From positions 248,001-312,000 of IMG/VR virus record IMGVR_UViG_3300050120_000230: DNA of 64,000 bases, one strand, 5' to 3'. The notes under the pieces are model-generated. The model had not been told where the DNA came from and did not search any database. It worked only from the letters and a program-made list of their open reading frames with translations. The translations under genes were made by a program, and so were the position numbers. Positions 44,293 through 52,198 of this stretch are shown here, in pieces. The stretch's first letter is position 1; each line of letters starts with the position of its first letter.

Positions 44293-44906
44293 AAAAGAAA
44301 AAAGCCCCTGACGCGTCGAATCCTAACTCGGAACCACGCCTCTTCAAGTTCATCGACGAAGCCACGAATCTGTTCTGGACCGGCAAACTCAAGGCCGGTG
44401 GCTCGGACGCGCTGTTCGGAGAGCGCGGGATGGAGTTTCGTTCGCGCACGGCCGCCGAGGAAGCATTCTGTAACTACGAGGTGACCCGGCTCGGGATGCC
44501 CGACCTGAACTTGCCCGAAGTCAAGATGCTGGTGTTCAAAGTTGAACTGATCGAACTCGACCGGCGGTCGTTCGATCTGGCGCCTTCGGCTGTTCGTCTC
44601 ACCCGCTTTGCCATGACGCATGGCAAGCAAGATCGTCTGGTCGGATTCGTTCGTGCGCTGAGTGAGCGCGGTGCGGGCGACTTCATGGACTTTCGCTACA
44701 TCGTCGCCCGCAGTCCGGCAGCCACATTCGATCTCGCCGCCTTGACGAATGCCGTGCTGTCGTCGCGCAAGAGCGGCAAGAAACTGATCGCCATTCGATC
44801 CGACGCGGACCTTCTCTATCTCCGCATGTCGCTCGGCGAGGGTTTTGTCACGGCCTACGACCTCGACACGGCCGCACAGGTGGCCAAGAAGGAAGAGCAC
44901 GCGTGA
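44289..44906 (+). CDS. TGLFW-family protein 3
   Basis: FKFIDEATNLFW. Confidence 0.7.
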   Translation: MKKKKAPDASNPNSEPRLFKFIDEATNLFWTGKLKAGGSDALFGERGMEFRSRTAAEEAFCNYEVTRLGMPDLNLPEVKMLVFKVELIELDRRSFDLAPSAVRLTRFAMTHGKQDRLVGFVRALSERGAGDFMDFRYIVARSPAATFDLAALTNAVLSSRKSGKKLIAIRSDADLLYLRMSLGEGFVTAYDLDTAAQVAKKEEHA

Positions 44907-45103
44907 CTGCACAACTGACCGTCGTCCCGTCAGCCACGAAGCCCATCAACTCGATGCGCGACTGGTTGGATCAGCAGACGACAGAAGCGTTGGTGTCGGT
45001 GCGCGAATCGGTGATCGGTGATGAACGGCGGGAGATCGATTTGGAGATCACCCGCAGAGAAATCGCCAAAGAACCCGTGCGGAAGGGGCTCAATGTATAT
45101 TGA
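44903..45103 (+). CDS. Hypothetical protein
   Basis: GTGA overlap. Confidence 0.55.
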   Translation: MTAQLTVVPSATKPINSMRDWLDQQTTEALVSVRESVIGDERREIDLEITRREIAKEPVRKGLNVY

Positions 45104-45827
45104 GTCGTTCTCGTATCGGGGTTGGCGTGGGGCTGGCTTCAAGTTCAAGTTCACCAAAGGCGTAAACGTCTTGGTGGGGATGAACGGCTGCGGCAAAACC
45201 AACTCTGCCGAACTGTTGGCGATTCTTGTGGGTCACAAAGACGCGCACAAACTGTTGCGCGAAGACGACCAACTCAAATACGCCAAGATCGTCGTCGGCG
45301 AAGACGTGGGACCGTCTGCTACGCAGCGATACGTTTTGGAACTGAAGGACGGCATCGACCTTGAGAAAATCAACGCCTTCAAGGACTGTTTACCAACACT
45401 GACCAGTTTCGTGCTTCAGCAAGACGATCTGCGGGATGATCGGTTCGTGACGGCTAGGCGCGAGCCGGTTGAATGCCAAAAAGACATGCTGGAATGGCTC
45501 CGCGCGCACGATCTCGATCTGCGGCTCTACGTCAAGGATGGTGAGTACGCGACATTGCTGGTTAGCGAGACCGGCGCGCAACGCTATCTGATGACCGTGG
45601 GGATGCGGCGGGCGCCGAGCGCAACGCCGATGATCGTCGAGCATCCCGAGCGCAGCCTCCACATCATGCTGCGGAGGCGGATTGCCGATTACTATCGCGA
45701 GAGCAACGATCAGCAAGTCATCTTGACGACGCATGACCCGGAAGTGCTTAGCATGGTAGACAGTGCTCGATGGGGCACATACCACGATTGTGCCATCGAC
45801 ATGTCGGACAAGAAAATCAGATGGTAA
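45093..45827 (+). CDS. Compact ABC/AAA_15-21-type ATPase (OLD/AbiEii-like ATPase fold)
   Basis: GVNVLVGMNGCGKTN; IVEHPERSLH; QVILTTHDP. Confidence 0.75.
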   Translation: MYIESFSYRGWRGAGFKFKFTKGVNVLVGMNGCGKTNSAELLAILVGHKDAHKLLREDDQLKYAKIVVGEDVGPSATQRYVLELKDGIDLEKINAFKDCLPTLTSFVLQQDDLRDDRFVTARREPVECQKDMLEWLRAHDLDLRLYVKDGEYATLLVSETGAQRYLMTVGMRRAPSATPMIVEHPERSLHIMLRRRIADYYRESNDQQVILTTHDPEVLSMVDSARWGTYHDCAIDMSDKKIRW

Positions 45828-46285
45828 CGGTCAAGGACTTGTCTAATCTTCTCGATACGCTGGTCGTCGATGACACGCGCTCGATCATTCTCGTTCCAAA
45901 GCAAACGCCGAATCACCTAGACTCAGCGCACTCCATCCCACCGGAATATTTGTGGATGATTCCGTTGTCGGCGGCTGGACACTACATCATCCACGACCAC
46001 GCCAAAGAACCAGAGGGCATACAAGCATTTGAGCATTGTAGGTCACCGATCATTCAATACGATTTGTATGATGACCGTAGCTTCAGCTACCAGCGCACTC
46101 GTCTCCACGACATGGGCATGACACAGTGGTGCGAAGAAACCCTTCGCGGCCACTACATCGTGCGTAAGAACTATGAGGCGGTTTTGCCGCCGCCGAGCGT
46201 CAAAACGATCATCGAAGTCTGGTTCGATGACCCAGTGGACGCCGTGGTTTTCAAGATGCGATGGAAGGGCAACCCATGCGAATAG
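45821..46285 (+). CDS. DAxxFK[LM]xW-family protein
   Basis: WCEE...DAVVFKMRWK. Confidence 0.7.
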   Translation: MVTVKDLSNLLDTLVVDDTRSIILVPKQTPNHLDSAHSIPPEYLWMIPLSAAGHYIIHDHAKEPEGIQAFEHCRSPIIQYDLYDDRSFSYQRTRLHDMGMTQWCEETLRGHYIVRKNYEAVLPPPSVKTIIEVWFDDPVDAVVFKMRWKGNPCE

Positions 46286-46578
46286 AGGATCGCCCGAACA
46301 TCGCTCTTTCGCATCTTGACCTTCAAGATGGCAGGCACGAGGACATCAGCGATCTGCCTATCGTCGTCGTGCCGTTGAAAAACGTCTGTATTTCTGGTGG
46401 CAGCCTTGCATTGGCGCCCGAGACTAGGCATTGGCTAATTGCCAACGTCGGCCACCAATATCGTGGCGAGCAGATTTCGTGCTGGGATTATATCCTCGCA
46501 GAGAGCGCCACCGGGCTCGCGACGTTTCGGTTCAAAGACGTAACGCACGCCACCTTGTTCAAAATGTTCTTCTCATGA
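46276..46578 (+). CDS. DAxxFK[LM]xW-family protein
   Basis: HATLFKMFFS. Confidence 0.7.
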   Translation: MRIEDRPNIALSHLDLQDGRHEDISDLPIVVVPLKNVCISGGSLALAPETRHWLIANVGHQYRGEQISCWDYILAESATGLATFRFKDVTHATLFKMFFS

Positions 46579-46832
46579 GTTCCGATCTGGATCGCGTGGC
46601 CGAATTGAACACGTTGATGAAGATGTTCGGCATCGACGGGAAAGTCATGTTTTTCCCAAAAAACTCGCTGCCCTTTCATCTCCAAGGGATTTTTCACGGC
46701 GTGCATCAGGGAACCTCACGTAACTCGGTGGCCGAGATCGAACAGTTCGTGCAAGACCTCATCAACGAGGACAAGGCGCCGGGCTTGGGCGTGCAACTGC
46801 AAACGACCATCGCCAAGCGTGCTGCGAAATGA
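46575..46832 (+). CDS. ELNxLxKMF-family protein 1
   Basis: RVAELNTLMKMFG. Confidence 0.7.
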   Translation: MSSDLDRVAELNTLMKMFGIDGKVMFFPKNSLPFHLQGIFHGVHQGTSRNSVAEIEQFVQDLINEDKAPGLGVQLQTTIAKRAAK

Positions 46833-47074
46833 TCCGCGATGATTATTACCGCGATGTGTGCCCGCGCATTGGTAAGCTCAACGTGCTCCTTAAGCTCTAC
46901 GATCTTGGGGAGATCACGGTTGGGATGACGGCCGACTATCGCCAGCAATTCACTCATCGAATTGGGGCACCCGAGCACGAGAATTACACGGTGCGCTGGA
47001 CGCTGGATTCCATCGAACACCACGTCAATCTGCTGATCGGCATAAAACAGCGAAGGATTGCAAGTGGCGAGTAG
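46829..47074 (+). CDS. ELNxLxKMF-family protein 2
   Basis: RIGKLNVLLKLYD. Confidence 0.7.
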   Translation: MIRDDYYRDVCPRIGKLNVLLKLYDLGEITVGMTADYRQQFTHRIGAPEHENYTVRWTLDSIEHHVNLLIGIKQRRIASGE

Positions 47075-47408
47075 CGAACTCGGCGCGGCGCTCGAACGTC
47101 TTGGTGTTGAGCCGAAAGCGCATCTCGGTGGTTATCGCACGACGCTTGAGCGGTTCGACCACATCAACACGCTCTTCAAAATGTTCGGCATAAAGGCCGA
47201 AGCCGGTATCCGCGCGCCAATGCCGTTTGACGACTATCGATATTTCAACATCATCGTCGAGATCACAACGGTGCACGACAGTGGCACGCAGATCACCCGC
47301 ATGGGCTATCCCTTCAAGACGACCAATGAGCTTGCGGCCTTCGCCGACACTCTGATCCGGCGCGCTCAGGGCCTAGAACCAGAAATCGAAGAGTGGCGCC
47401 ATGCGTGA
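47064..47408 (+). CDS. ELNxLxKMF-family protein 3
   Basis: RFDHINTLFKMFG. Confidence 0.7.
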   Translation: MASSELGAALERLGVEPKAHLGGYRTTLERFDHINTLFKMFGIKAEAGIRAPMPFDDYRYFNIIVEITTVHDSGTQITRMGYPFKTTNELAAFADTLIRRAQGLEPEIEEWRHA

Positions 47409-47595
47409 TGATCGCATGGACGAATTGAACACCCTATTGAAGACGTTCGATACGGGTCTAAGCGTCGAGCCGTTTTCAGGCGGGTATCCGCCGACCAGCT
47501 ATGCCCTGCTCGAAGACAAGTTGATCGTCTTCATCGGCGCTTTTGAGGCAGTCGAGAAAATGGGGCACAGCCGAATGACAGAGCAAAACCAGTGA
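47401..47595 (+). CDS. ELNxLxKMF-family protein 4
   Basis: RMDELNTLLKTFD. Confidence 0.7.
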   Translation: MRDDRMDELNTLLKTFDTGLSVEPFSGGYPPTSYALLEDKLIVFIGAFEAVEKMGHSRMTEQNQ

Positions 47596-47891
47596 AGCGG
47601 ATGTCGATCACCGAGCGGGATGCCGAGATCAAGGCGCTCAACGTTCTTTTCAAGATGTTCGACATCCACGCCGTGGCTCATTACGACGAGGGTAAACCGA
47701 ACAGCAATGCCGGATGCTGGCGGCCGTATCCCTTTCGGATAGGGACCTTCGAGACGACCGAAGGGACTGGTGCTCGTGCCGGATCGTTGCGCGAAAAGAT
47801 GACAACGAAATACATGTTCTATTCGCTGCAAGAACTCATCAAACAGGTCCATATCATGGTCAGCGAACATCAAACGAAAGAAGTCGCGTGA
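47592..47891 (+). CDS. ELNxLxKMF-family protein 5
   Basis: EIKALNVLFKMFD. Confidence 0.7.
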   Translation: MKRMSITERDAEIKALNVLFKMFDIHAVAHYDEGKPNSNAGCWRPYPFRIGTFETTEGTGARAGSLREKMTTKYMFYSLQELIKQVHIMVSEHQTKEVA

Positions 47892-48175
47892 CCTGTCCAA
47901 TTCGTTCGGCAAAAGCGAAAGAAGCGTGGGCGAGGCGGCGGCAGAGAAACGACCGCTGCGACGAGTTGAACACGCTGCTGAAGATGTTCGACCTGAACTT
48001 CGTGACCGGCTATGCCGACCGTGAGCGGCGAATGTCGAAACAGGAGTTCAACGACTATCGCTATCGGCTATATGGCATGGGTCCGGCCATTTCGATGGAA
48101 TACTTCCACACGCTCGAAGACCTCACACGGCGAGTGAACGTGCTTATCGGAGAGGTGTCCGGTGTCCGAGTTTGA
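47888..48175 (+). CDS. ELNxLxKMF-family protein 6
   Basis: RCDELNTLLKMFD. Confidence 0.7.
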   Translation: MTCPIRSAKAKEAWARRRQRNDRCDELNTLLKMFDLNFVTGYADRERRMSKQEFNDYRYRLYGMGPAISMEYFHTLEDLTRRVNVLIGEVSGVRV

Positions 48176-48575
48176 ACACGAGCTTGCGAAGCTGCAAACA
48201 GTCTTTGATACACGAGCACACGAACTCGAAGAGCTTGGGAAACTGCAAGTCACTTTGAAGATGGCTGGCAAGGCGGGCGATGTCGCCCATTACAAATATG
48301 GGCCGGGCTTCGTCTTCCGATGCTGGTGGCAAACAGGCAGCGGTGGCAGGGGATTCGAAGAAGACGAGTATTTCGAGGAACTAGATGAACTGAAGAAGCG
48401 CGTTCACGCTATCGCCACCGGTCACATCGCGGCGAGGGCCGACCCGAAAACAAATTCCATCGACGAGACGGCTATTGAGCCGCTTTTTGTCTCAAGTTCA
48501 CGCTGGGCGCCTTTCGCCGAACTGAACATCCAACGCGCAATGCAGAAGCACAAACGTGACAACGGAGGAATATAA
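48162..48575 (+). CDS. ELNxLxKMF-family protein 7 (divergent)
   Basis: LGKLQVTLKMAG. Confidence 0.6.
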   Translation: MSEFEHELAKLQTVFDTRAHELEELGKLQVTLKMAGKAGDVAHYKYGPGFVFRCWWQTGSGGRGFEEDEYFEELDELKKRVHAIATGHIAARADPKTNSIDETAIEPLFVSSSRWAPFAELNIQRAMQKHKRDNGGI

Positions 48576-48807
48576 AATCTGGGCCGCCGTGACCCATGAC
48601 CGCGTCGAGGGATTGCGCGTCTTGGTGAAGTTGTTCGGCGGCAAACTGCACTTAGGATTCCACGACGTTTGGGTCACGCCTAACGGCCCGGTGTGGCGAC
48701 AGTTCTTTTCCGCTGTCGGAACAAACCTCACTACTTTCGACACTTTCGAAGAGCTTGAGACTCACGTCAAAACGACCCTCGCTGAAAAACTTGATGTCGT
48801 TGACTAA
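48556..48807 (+). CDS. ELNxLxKMF-family protein 8 (divergent)
   Basis: RVEGLRVLVKLFG. Confidence 0.6.
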   Translation: MTTEEYKIWAAVTHDRVEGLRVLVKLFGGKLHLGFHDVWVTPNGPVWRQFFSAVGTNLTTFDTFEELETHVKTTLAEKLDVVD

Positions 48808-48843
48808 ATAAATGTTGACGGGCCGATTCCGGTCCTTCATAAA
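48804..48843 (+). promoter_or_regulatory. Late motif CTAAATA (48804) plus TTGACG (48815)-N17-CATAAA promoter with a spacer hairpin
   Basis: Directly visible upstream of the leader ORF and tRNA cluster. Confidence 0.5.
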
Positions 48844-48852
48844 GAACATACT

Positions 48853-48984
48853 ATGACAAACGCACGCACCATTTTCGGAACCGCCAACGCGCCCCTCGGG
48901 CGCGATTGCGGCGATATGGGCGGTCGGGGCGAACGAGAACTTCGCGCCGGGATGGTTCGTCATGGTGTTCTGACCAGCTTCTAA
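48853..48984 (+). CDS. 43-aa Gly/Asp/Glu-enriched leader peptide (putative attenuator uORF)
   Basis: MTNARTIFGTANAPLGRDCGDMGGRGERELRAGMVRHGVLTSF; absent from ORF track. Confidence 0.55.
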   Translation: MTNARTIFGTANAPLGRDCGDMGGRGERELRAGMVRHGVLTSF

Positions 48985-49015
48985 AAGCAGTCACTCCCCC
49001 AAAAATCGAAACCGT

Positions 49016-49047
49016 TCCGGCGACCAGTGGAAATCCCACTGGCCGGA
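49016..49047 (+). promoter_or_regulatory. Strong hairpin between the leader ORF and the first tRNA
   Basis: TCCGG-cga-CCAGTGG-aaatc-CCACTGG-CCGGA; no poly-T tail. Confidence 0.6.
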
Positions 49048-49072
49048 CGATTGTCCAACTTCAAATGACAAT

Positions 49073-49148
49073 GGAGCGGTAGCTCAGTGGTAGCAGCGCC
49101 GGTTTGTCAGGCCGAAGGTCGCGGGTTCGATCCCCGTCCGCTTCGCCA
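49073..49148 (+). tRNA. tRNA-Asp(GTC), encoded CCA
   Basis: GGAGCGG/CCGCTTC; loop TT-GTC-AG. Confidence 0.9.
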
Positions 49149-49173
49149 TTTCATTTGAAGCTAGGTGATTTGA

Positions 49174-49245
49174 GCGGCTGTAGCTCAGTGGTAGAGCATC
49201 TCGTTGCCAACGAGAATGTCGCGGGTTCGAATCCCGCCAGCCGCT
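49174..49245 (+). tRNA. tRNA-Gly(GCC), no encoded CCA, flanked by a 13-bp inverted repeat
   Basis: GCGGCTG/CAGCCGC, U73; TCTCG-TTGCCAA-CGAGA. Confidence 0.9.
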
Positions 49246-49281
49246 CAAATCACCTAGAAGGCAATCCTCCGAGACCTTTAC

Positions 49282-49355
49282 GGAGCGTTCGACTATGGGT
49301 AAGTCATCACCCTTTCAAGGTGAGGTAGCGGGTTCGAGCCCCGCACGCTCTACCA
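49282..49355 (+). tRNA. tRNA-Glu(TTC), encoded CCA
   Basis: TCACC-CTTTCAA-GGTGA. Confidence 0.9.
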
Positions 49356-49357
49356 AT

Positions 49358-49431
49358 GGACCGTTCGTCTATGGGTAGGACACCACGTTCTCAGCGTGGG
49401 GGAAGGGGTTCAAGCCCCCTACGGTCTACCA
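49358..49431 (+). tRNA. tRNA-Glu(CTC), encoded CCA
   Basis: CCACG-TTCTCAG-CGTGG. Confidence 0.9.
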
Positions 49432-49468
49432 ATCTCAGCTTCGGTTGAGACGATCTTTGAAACTATAT

Positions 49469-49540
49469 GCGGGCGTAACTCAGCGGTAGAGTGTCAGCCT
49501 TCCAAGCTGTTCGTCGCAGGTTCGATCCCTGTCGCCCGCT
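49469..49540 (+). tRNA. tRNA-Gly(TCC), no encoded CCA
   Basis: GCGGGCG/CGCCCGC, U73; TCAGC-CTTCCAA-GCTGT. Confidence 0.9.
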
Positions 49541-49549
49541 CACTTTCAT

Positions 49550-49621
49550 GCAATCTTCGTCTATCGGCTAAGACGCCTTGCTTTCCGGCAGGAAAGAGCA
49601 GTTCGATTCTGCTAGGTTGCT
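49550..49621 (+). tRNA. Atypical tRNA-Gly-like gene with non-canonical (6- or 8-nt) anticodon loop
   Basis: GCAATCT/AGGTTGC plus U73; T arm AGCAG-TTCGATT-CTGCT; CTTGC-TTTCCG-GCAGG. Confidence 0.6.
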
Positions 49622-49623
49622 AC

Positions 49624-49911
49624 CTACATCCATTTCAGCTTGAACAACGTCGCGTCATTCAATGACTCGAAGTGCAGAAGGAAAGCGAACTCAAGGCCGC
49701 CTTCCTCTTCCCGCGAGACTTGCAGCGAGAGATAGACATCTTCGAGCATCGTCTCCCGAAGCCACGTCTTGATGTCAGGATTGAAAGCGGTGATCTCGGA
49801 ATCGCTCAGGCCGCCATCCACACAAAACGGCGAATCGCACGGCAACTCGACGCGGATCAGATCATTCACGATCTGCGGTGGGTGCGGATGTTTGATGAAC
49901 AGTTCGGCCAT
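49624..49911 (-). CDS. DAxxFK[LM]xW-family protein
   Basis: DATLFKLKWM. Confidence 0.75.
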   Translation of the reverse strand: MAELFIKHPHPPQIVNDLIRVELPCDSPFCVDGGLSDSEITAFNPDIKTWLRETMLEDVYLSLQVSREEEGGLEFAFLLHFESLNDATLFKLKWM

Positions 49912-49931
49912 GACGATCCTAAATAAAGTCG

Positions 49932-50471
49932 ATGTTTACTTTCAAGATCACCGGACTGCAAGACGCTCTCGATCTTCTCGACATGGGTTGGCCGACCAAA
50001 ACCGTGACCGTCATCCAACGTGGCGCCAACGTTTACCCGAGAGACGACACGCACATCGTCGTCGCGATGAGCGACGTGGGCGATCCGAAGATGAGCCCGG
50101 ATGCACCTCATCCGAGGCACCTTCGTTCGATCCTTGCACACACGGCCAACCTCACCGATCAGGATATGCTTCTGGTGAACTGCTGGGCGGGCCAGAGCCG
50201 TTCTACGGCCGCCGCGCTGGCAATCCTCATCCAACACGGTTGCACCCCACAGGAGGCTTTAGACCGCGTTGTGGATGAACGTCCAGTCGCGCTGCCGAAC
50301 GTCCTGTTCGTGAAGCACATCGACAAATATTTCGGGCTGAAAGGTGAACTGAACAAGATCGTCAAGGCGTTCATCAGGTCCGAACTCGCGAAACCTTATA
50401 TCAGGAACACCACACCGTCTGCGGAAAGCGTAGACGAGATGAAACGATTGATGTCGCTGTTCGGTGATTAG
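49932..50471 (+). CDS. Cys-based protein tyrosine phosphatase-like protein
   Basis: LVNCWAGQSRSTAAA (CX5R); CTAAATA at 49919. Confidence 0.85.
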   Translation: MFTFKITGLQDALDLLDMGWPTKTVTVIQRGANVYPRDDTHIVVAMSDVGDPKMSPDAPHPRHLRSILAHTANLTDQDMLLVNCWAGQSRSTAAALAILIQHGCTPQEALDRVVDERPVALPNVLFVKHIDKYFGLKGELNKIVKAFIRSELAKPYIRNTTPSAESVDEMKRLMSLFGD

Positions 50472-50878
50472 TCGTTGAGGGGCTTGCCCCAGCGAGCGAA
50501 GTTTTCGAACGCTGAGTGATCTTCGTAATCGGCCGCGTCTCTCGGATCGGGCATCCGAGTGTGCTGCATGTTGGCCGGAGCTTCCGCCATCAACTTTTTC
50601 ATCTGATCGTCCGGCTCGCCACCTTCATAGCGGCTAACGCTGTGGCCGCCGGGATTGGCAAAATTCATCGCAAGGTGTGCGCGAGCCATGGCGTAAGAAT
50701 CGAACGGGCCGAAGCAACGTGCGCTGTCGCGCCAATCCCAGCGATTGCCATAATCGTCTTCGAGAAGCGAATACCAGACACCCGGTGCGACTTCTTCGAA
50801 CGAGCACTCAAGGCCAGTGCTTTCGGTGAGGTTCTCGGCGCCCTCTGTGATGAGGGTCAAAGCTTTGCGGATGTCCAT
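50468..50878 (-). CDS. Capsid-targeted-type hypothetical protein
   Basis: MDIRKALTLITEGAENLTES; CTAAATA 4 nt upstream. Confidence 0.7.
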   Translation of the reverse strand: MDIRKALTLITEGAENLTESTGLECSFEEVAPGVWYSLLEDDYGNRWDWRDSARCFGPFDSYAMARAHLAMNFANPGGHSVSRYEGGEPDDQMKKLMAEAPANMQHTRMPDPRDAADYEDHSAFENFARWGKPLND

Positions 50879-50931
50879 CAGGTATTTAGCAATTCGGTTG
50901 ACGAAATCAACCGATCCGTTAGGTTTGAACG

Positions 50932-51237
50932 ATGCACAAGAAGGTGGAAACTCGGATGATCCGCGTGAAACTGCTCGCCGCTTTGAAGGAGCAGCGAGAT
51001 TGGAAAATCGAGAACTCAAATCGAATTCACCGATCCGATGGTCTGTGGGTTGAGAGAATTAGTGGAGAGCATTCCACCACGTTCTCCATCGGGTCTGCCG
51101 ATATCGGCGTGCCGCAAGCTTATATCGAGGCCGATTCGGAATTGATCGCCGCCTATACCCATGTGGTTGACTTGGGCATCGGCACGGACCCGGCACGTCG
51201 TCCGATCCTTGGGTTGCTAGGAATCGAAATCCCTTGA
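50932..51237 (+). CDS. Hypothetical protein
   Basis: Early promoter TTGACG-N16-TAGGTT near 50898. Confidence 0.55.
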   Translation: MHKKVETRMIRVKLLAALKEQRDWKIENSNRIHRSDGLWVERISGEHSTTFSIGSADIGVPQAYIEADSELIAAYTHVVDLGIGTDPARRPILGLLGIEIP

Positions 51238-51662
51238 CCTCCTATCAACTGCTCAAAGAGTATAAGGGCCTAGAGCCCTTCGCTGTATTCCACCCGATCA
51301 TGTGGACGAAGACTGACGACGATCTGTGCATAGGGGATCATGAACGCCGTATTCGTGAACTGTTGATGTGGCTCAATGACCGAAACGCACCATATCAAAT
51401 CATCATCAAAGAAGAACTGAAACCCGTAGAAAATTTCGACGGATACAACGGCTATCAATCCTACCGGCATTATCACAACAATTACGAACTCGTCGTCGAA
51501 GACGATGACGCCGTAGTATTGATGAAACTTTTCTTCGAAGATTTCGTGCCATTCCCGATTACACCCGAACCTGTTGTGGTTGTTGAAACTTCCACTCCTA
51601 TTACGGAGCCACCGCCAGAAAATTTCTTCGCCTTCTGGCTGAAGAGATTGGGATTTGGTTGA
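51234..51662 (+). CDS. DAxxFK[LM]xW-family protein (divergent)
   Basis: DDAVVLMKLFF. Confidence 0.6.
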   Translation: MTSYQLLKEYKGLEPFAVFHPIMWTKTDDDLCIGDHERRIRELLMWLNDRNAPYQIIIKEELKPVENFDGYNGYQSYRHYHNNYELVVEDDDAVVLMKLFFEDFVPFPITPEPVVVVETSTPITEPPPENFFAFWLKRLGFG

Positions 51663-51712
51663 CGAAAACTGGTTCGATGATAGGTTGTGTGTAGACTTCA
51701 AAGGAGTGGCAC

Positions 51713-51961
51713 ATGGCGCGTTATCAGAACTCAGAAAATTGCGCGCTGACCGGTGTTAGCGGCGCGGAACTGATCCGCCGCTCCGGCGACTGCCAACCCA
51801 TCGGCGAAATCTACAAGGGCCAAGACGGCTGGAAATCCTACGCGGGCTACGAGCTTCCGGCCGAGTTCCGGGGAACGTGGGACCTGCGGGTCGATGCGAT
51901 CTTCGCCATCAACGAGGCCGACCGTCTGCAAAATCGGGGGACCTACTATGGCGCGATCTGA
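51713..51961 (+). CDS. Hypothetical protein
   Basis: Early promoter at 51659; SD AAGGAG. Confidence 0.7.
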   Translation: MARYQNSENCALTGVSGAELIRRSGDCQPIGEIYKGQDGWKSYAGYELPAEFRGTWDLRVDAIFAINEADRLQNRGTYYGAI

Positions 51962-52190
51962 CCTGACCCCCGACTATGTCGATTTCGGCGACCACGTTCG
52001 CAACGCCGGACTTGGTCAGTGCCAGTACGTTTCGCGCTACGTTGGCGGGCGCCATGGCTACCCGGATTTTGGCGAGGGTCTGCGCTTCCAAGGCGATCCC
52101 ATCGACTATCATTTCCTCGAAATCCACAAGGATGACGTGGACACTTTCATCGAACGCGTGAAAGAGCATCTGCATCGGCGCGGGTTCTGA
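51948..52190 (+). CDS. Hypothetical protein
   Basis: Co-directional run. Confidence 0.65.
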   Translation: MARSDLTPDYVDFGDHVRNAGLGQCQYVSRYVGGRHGYPDFGEGLRFQGDPIDYHFLEIHKDDVDTFIERVKEHLHRRGF

Positions 52191-52198
52191 GAAACAAC

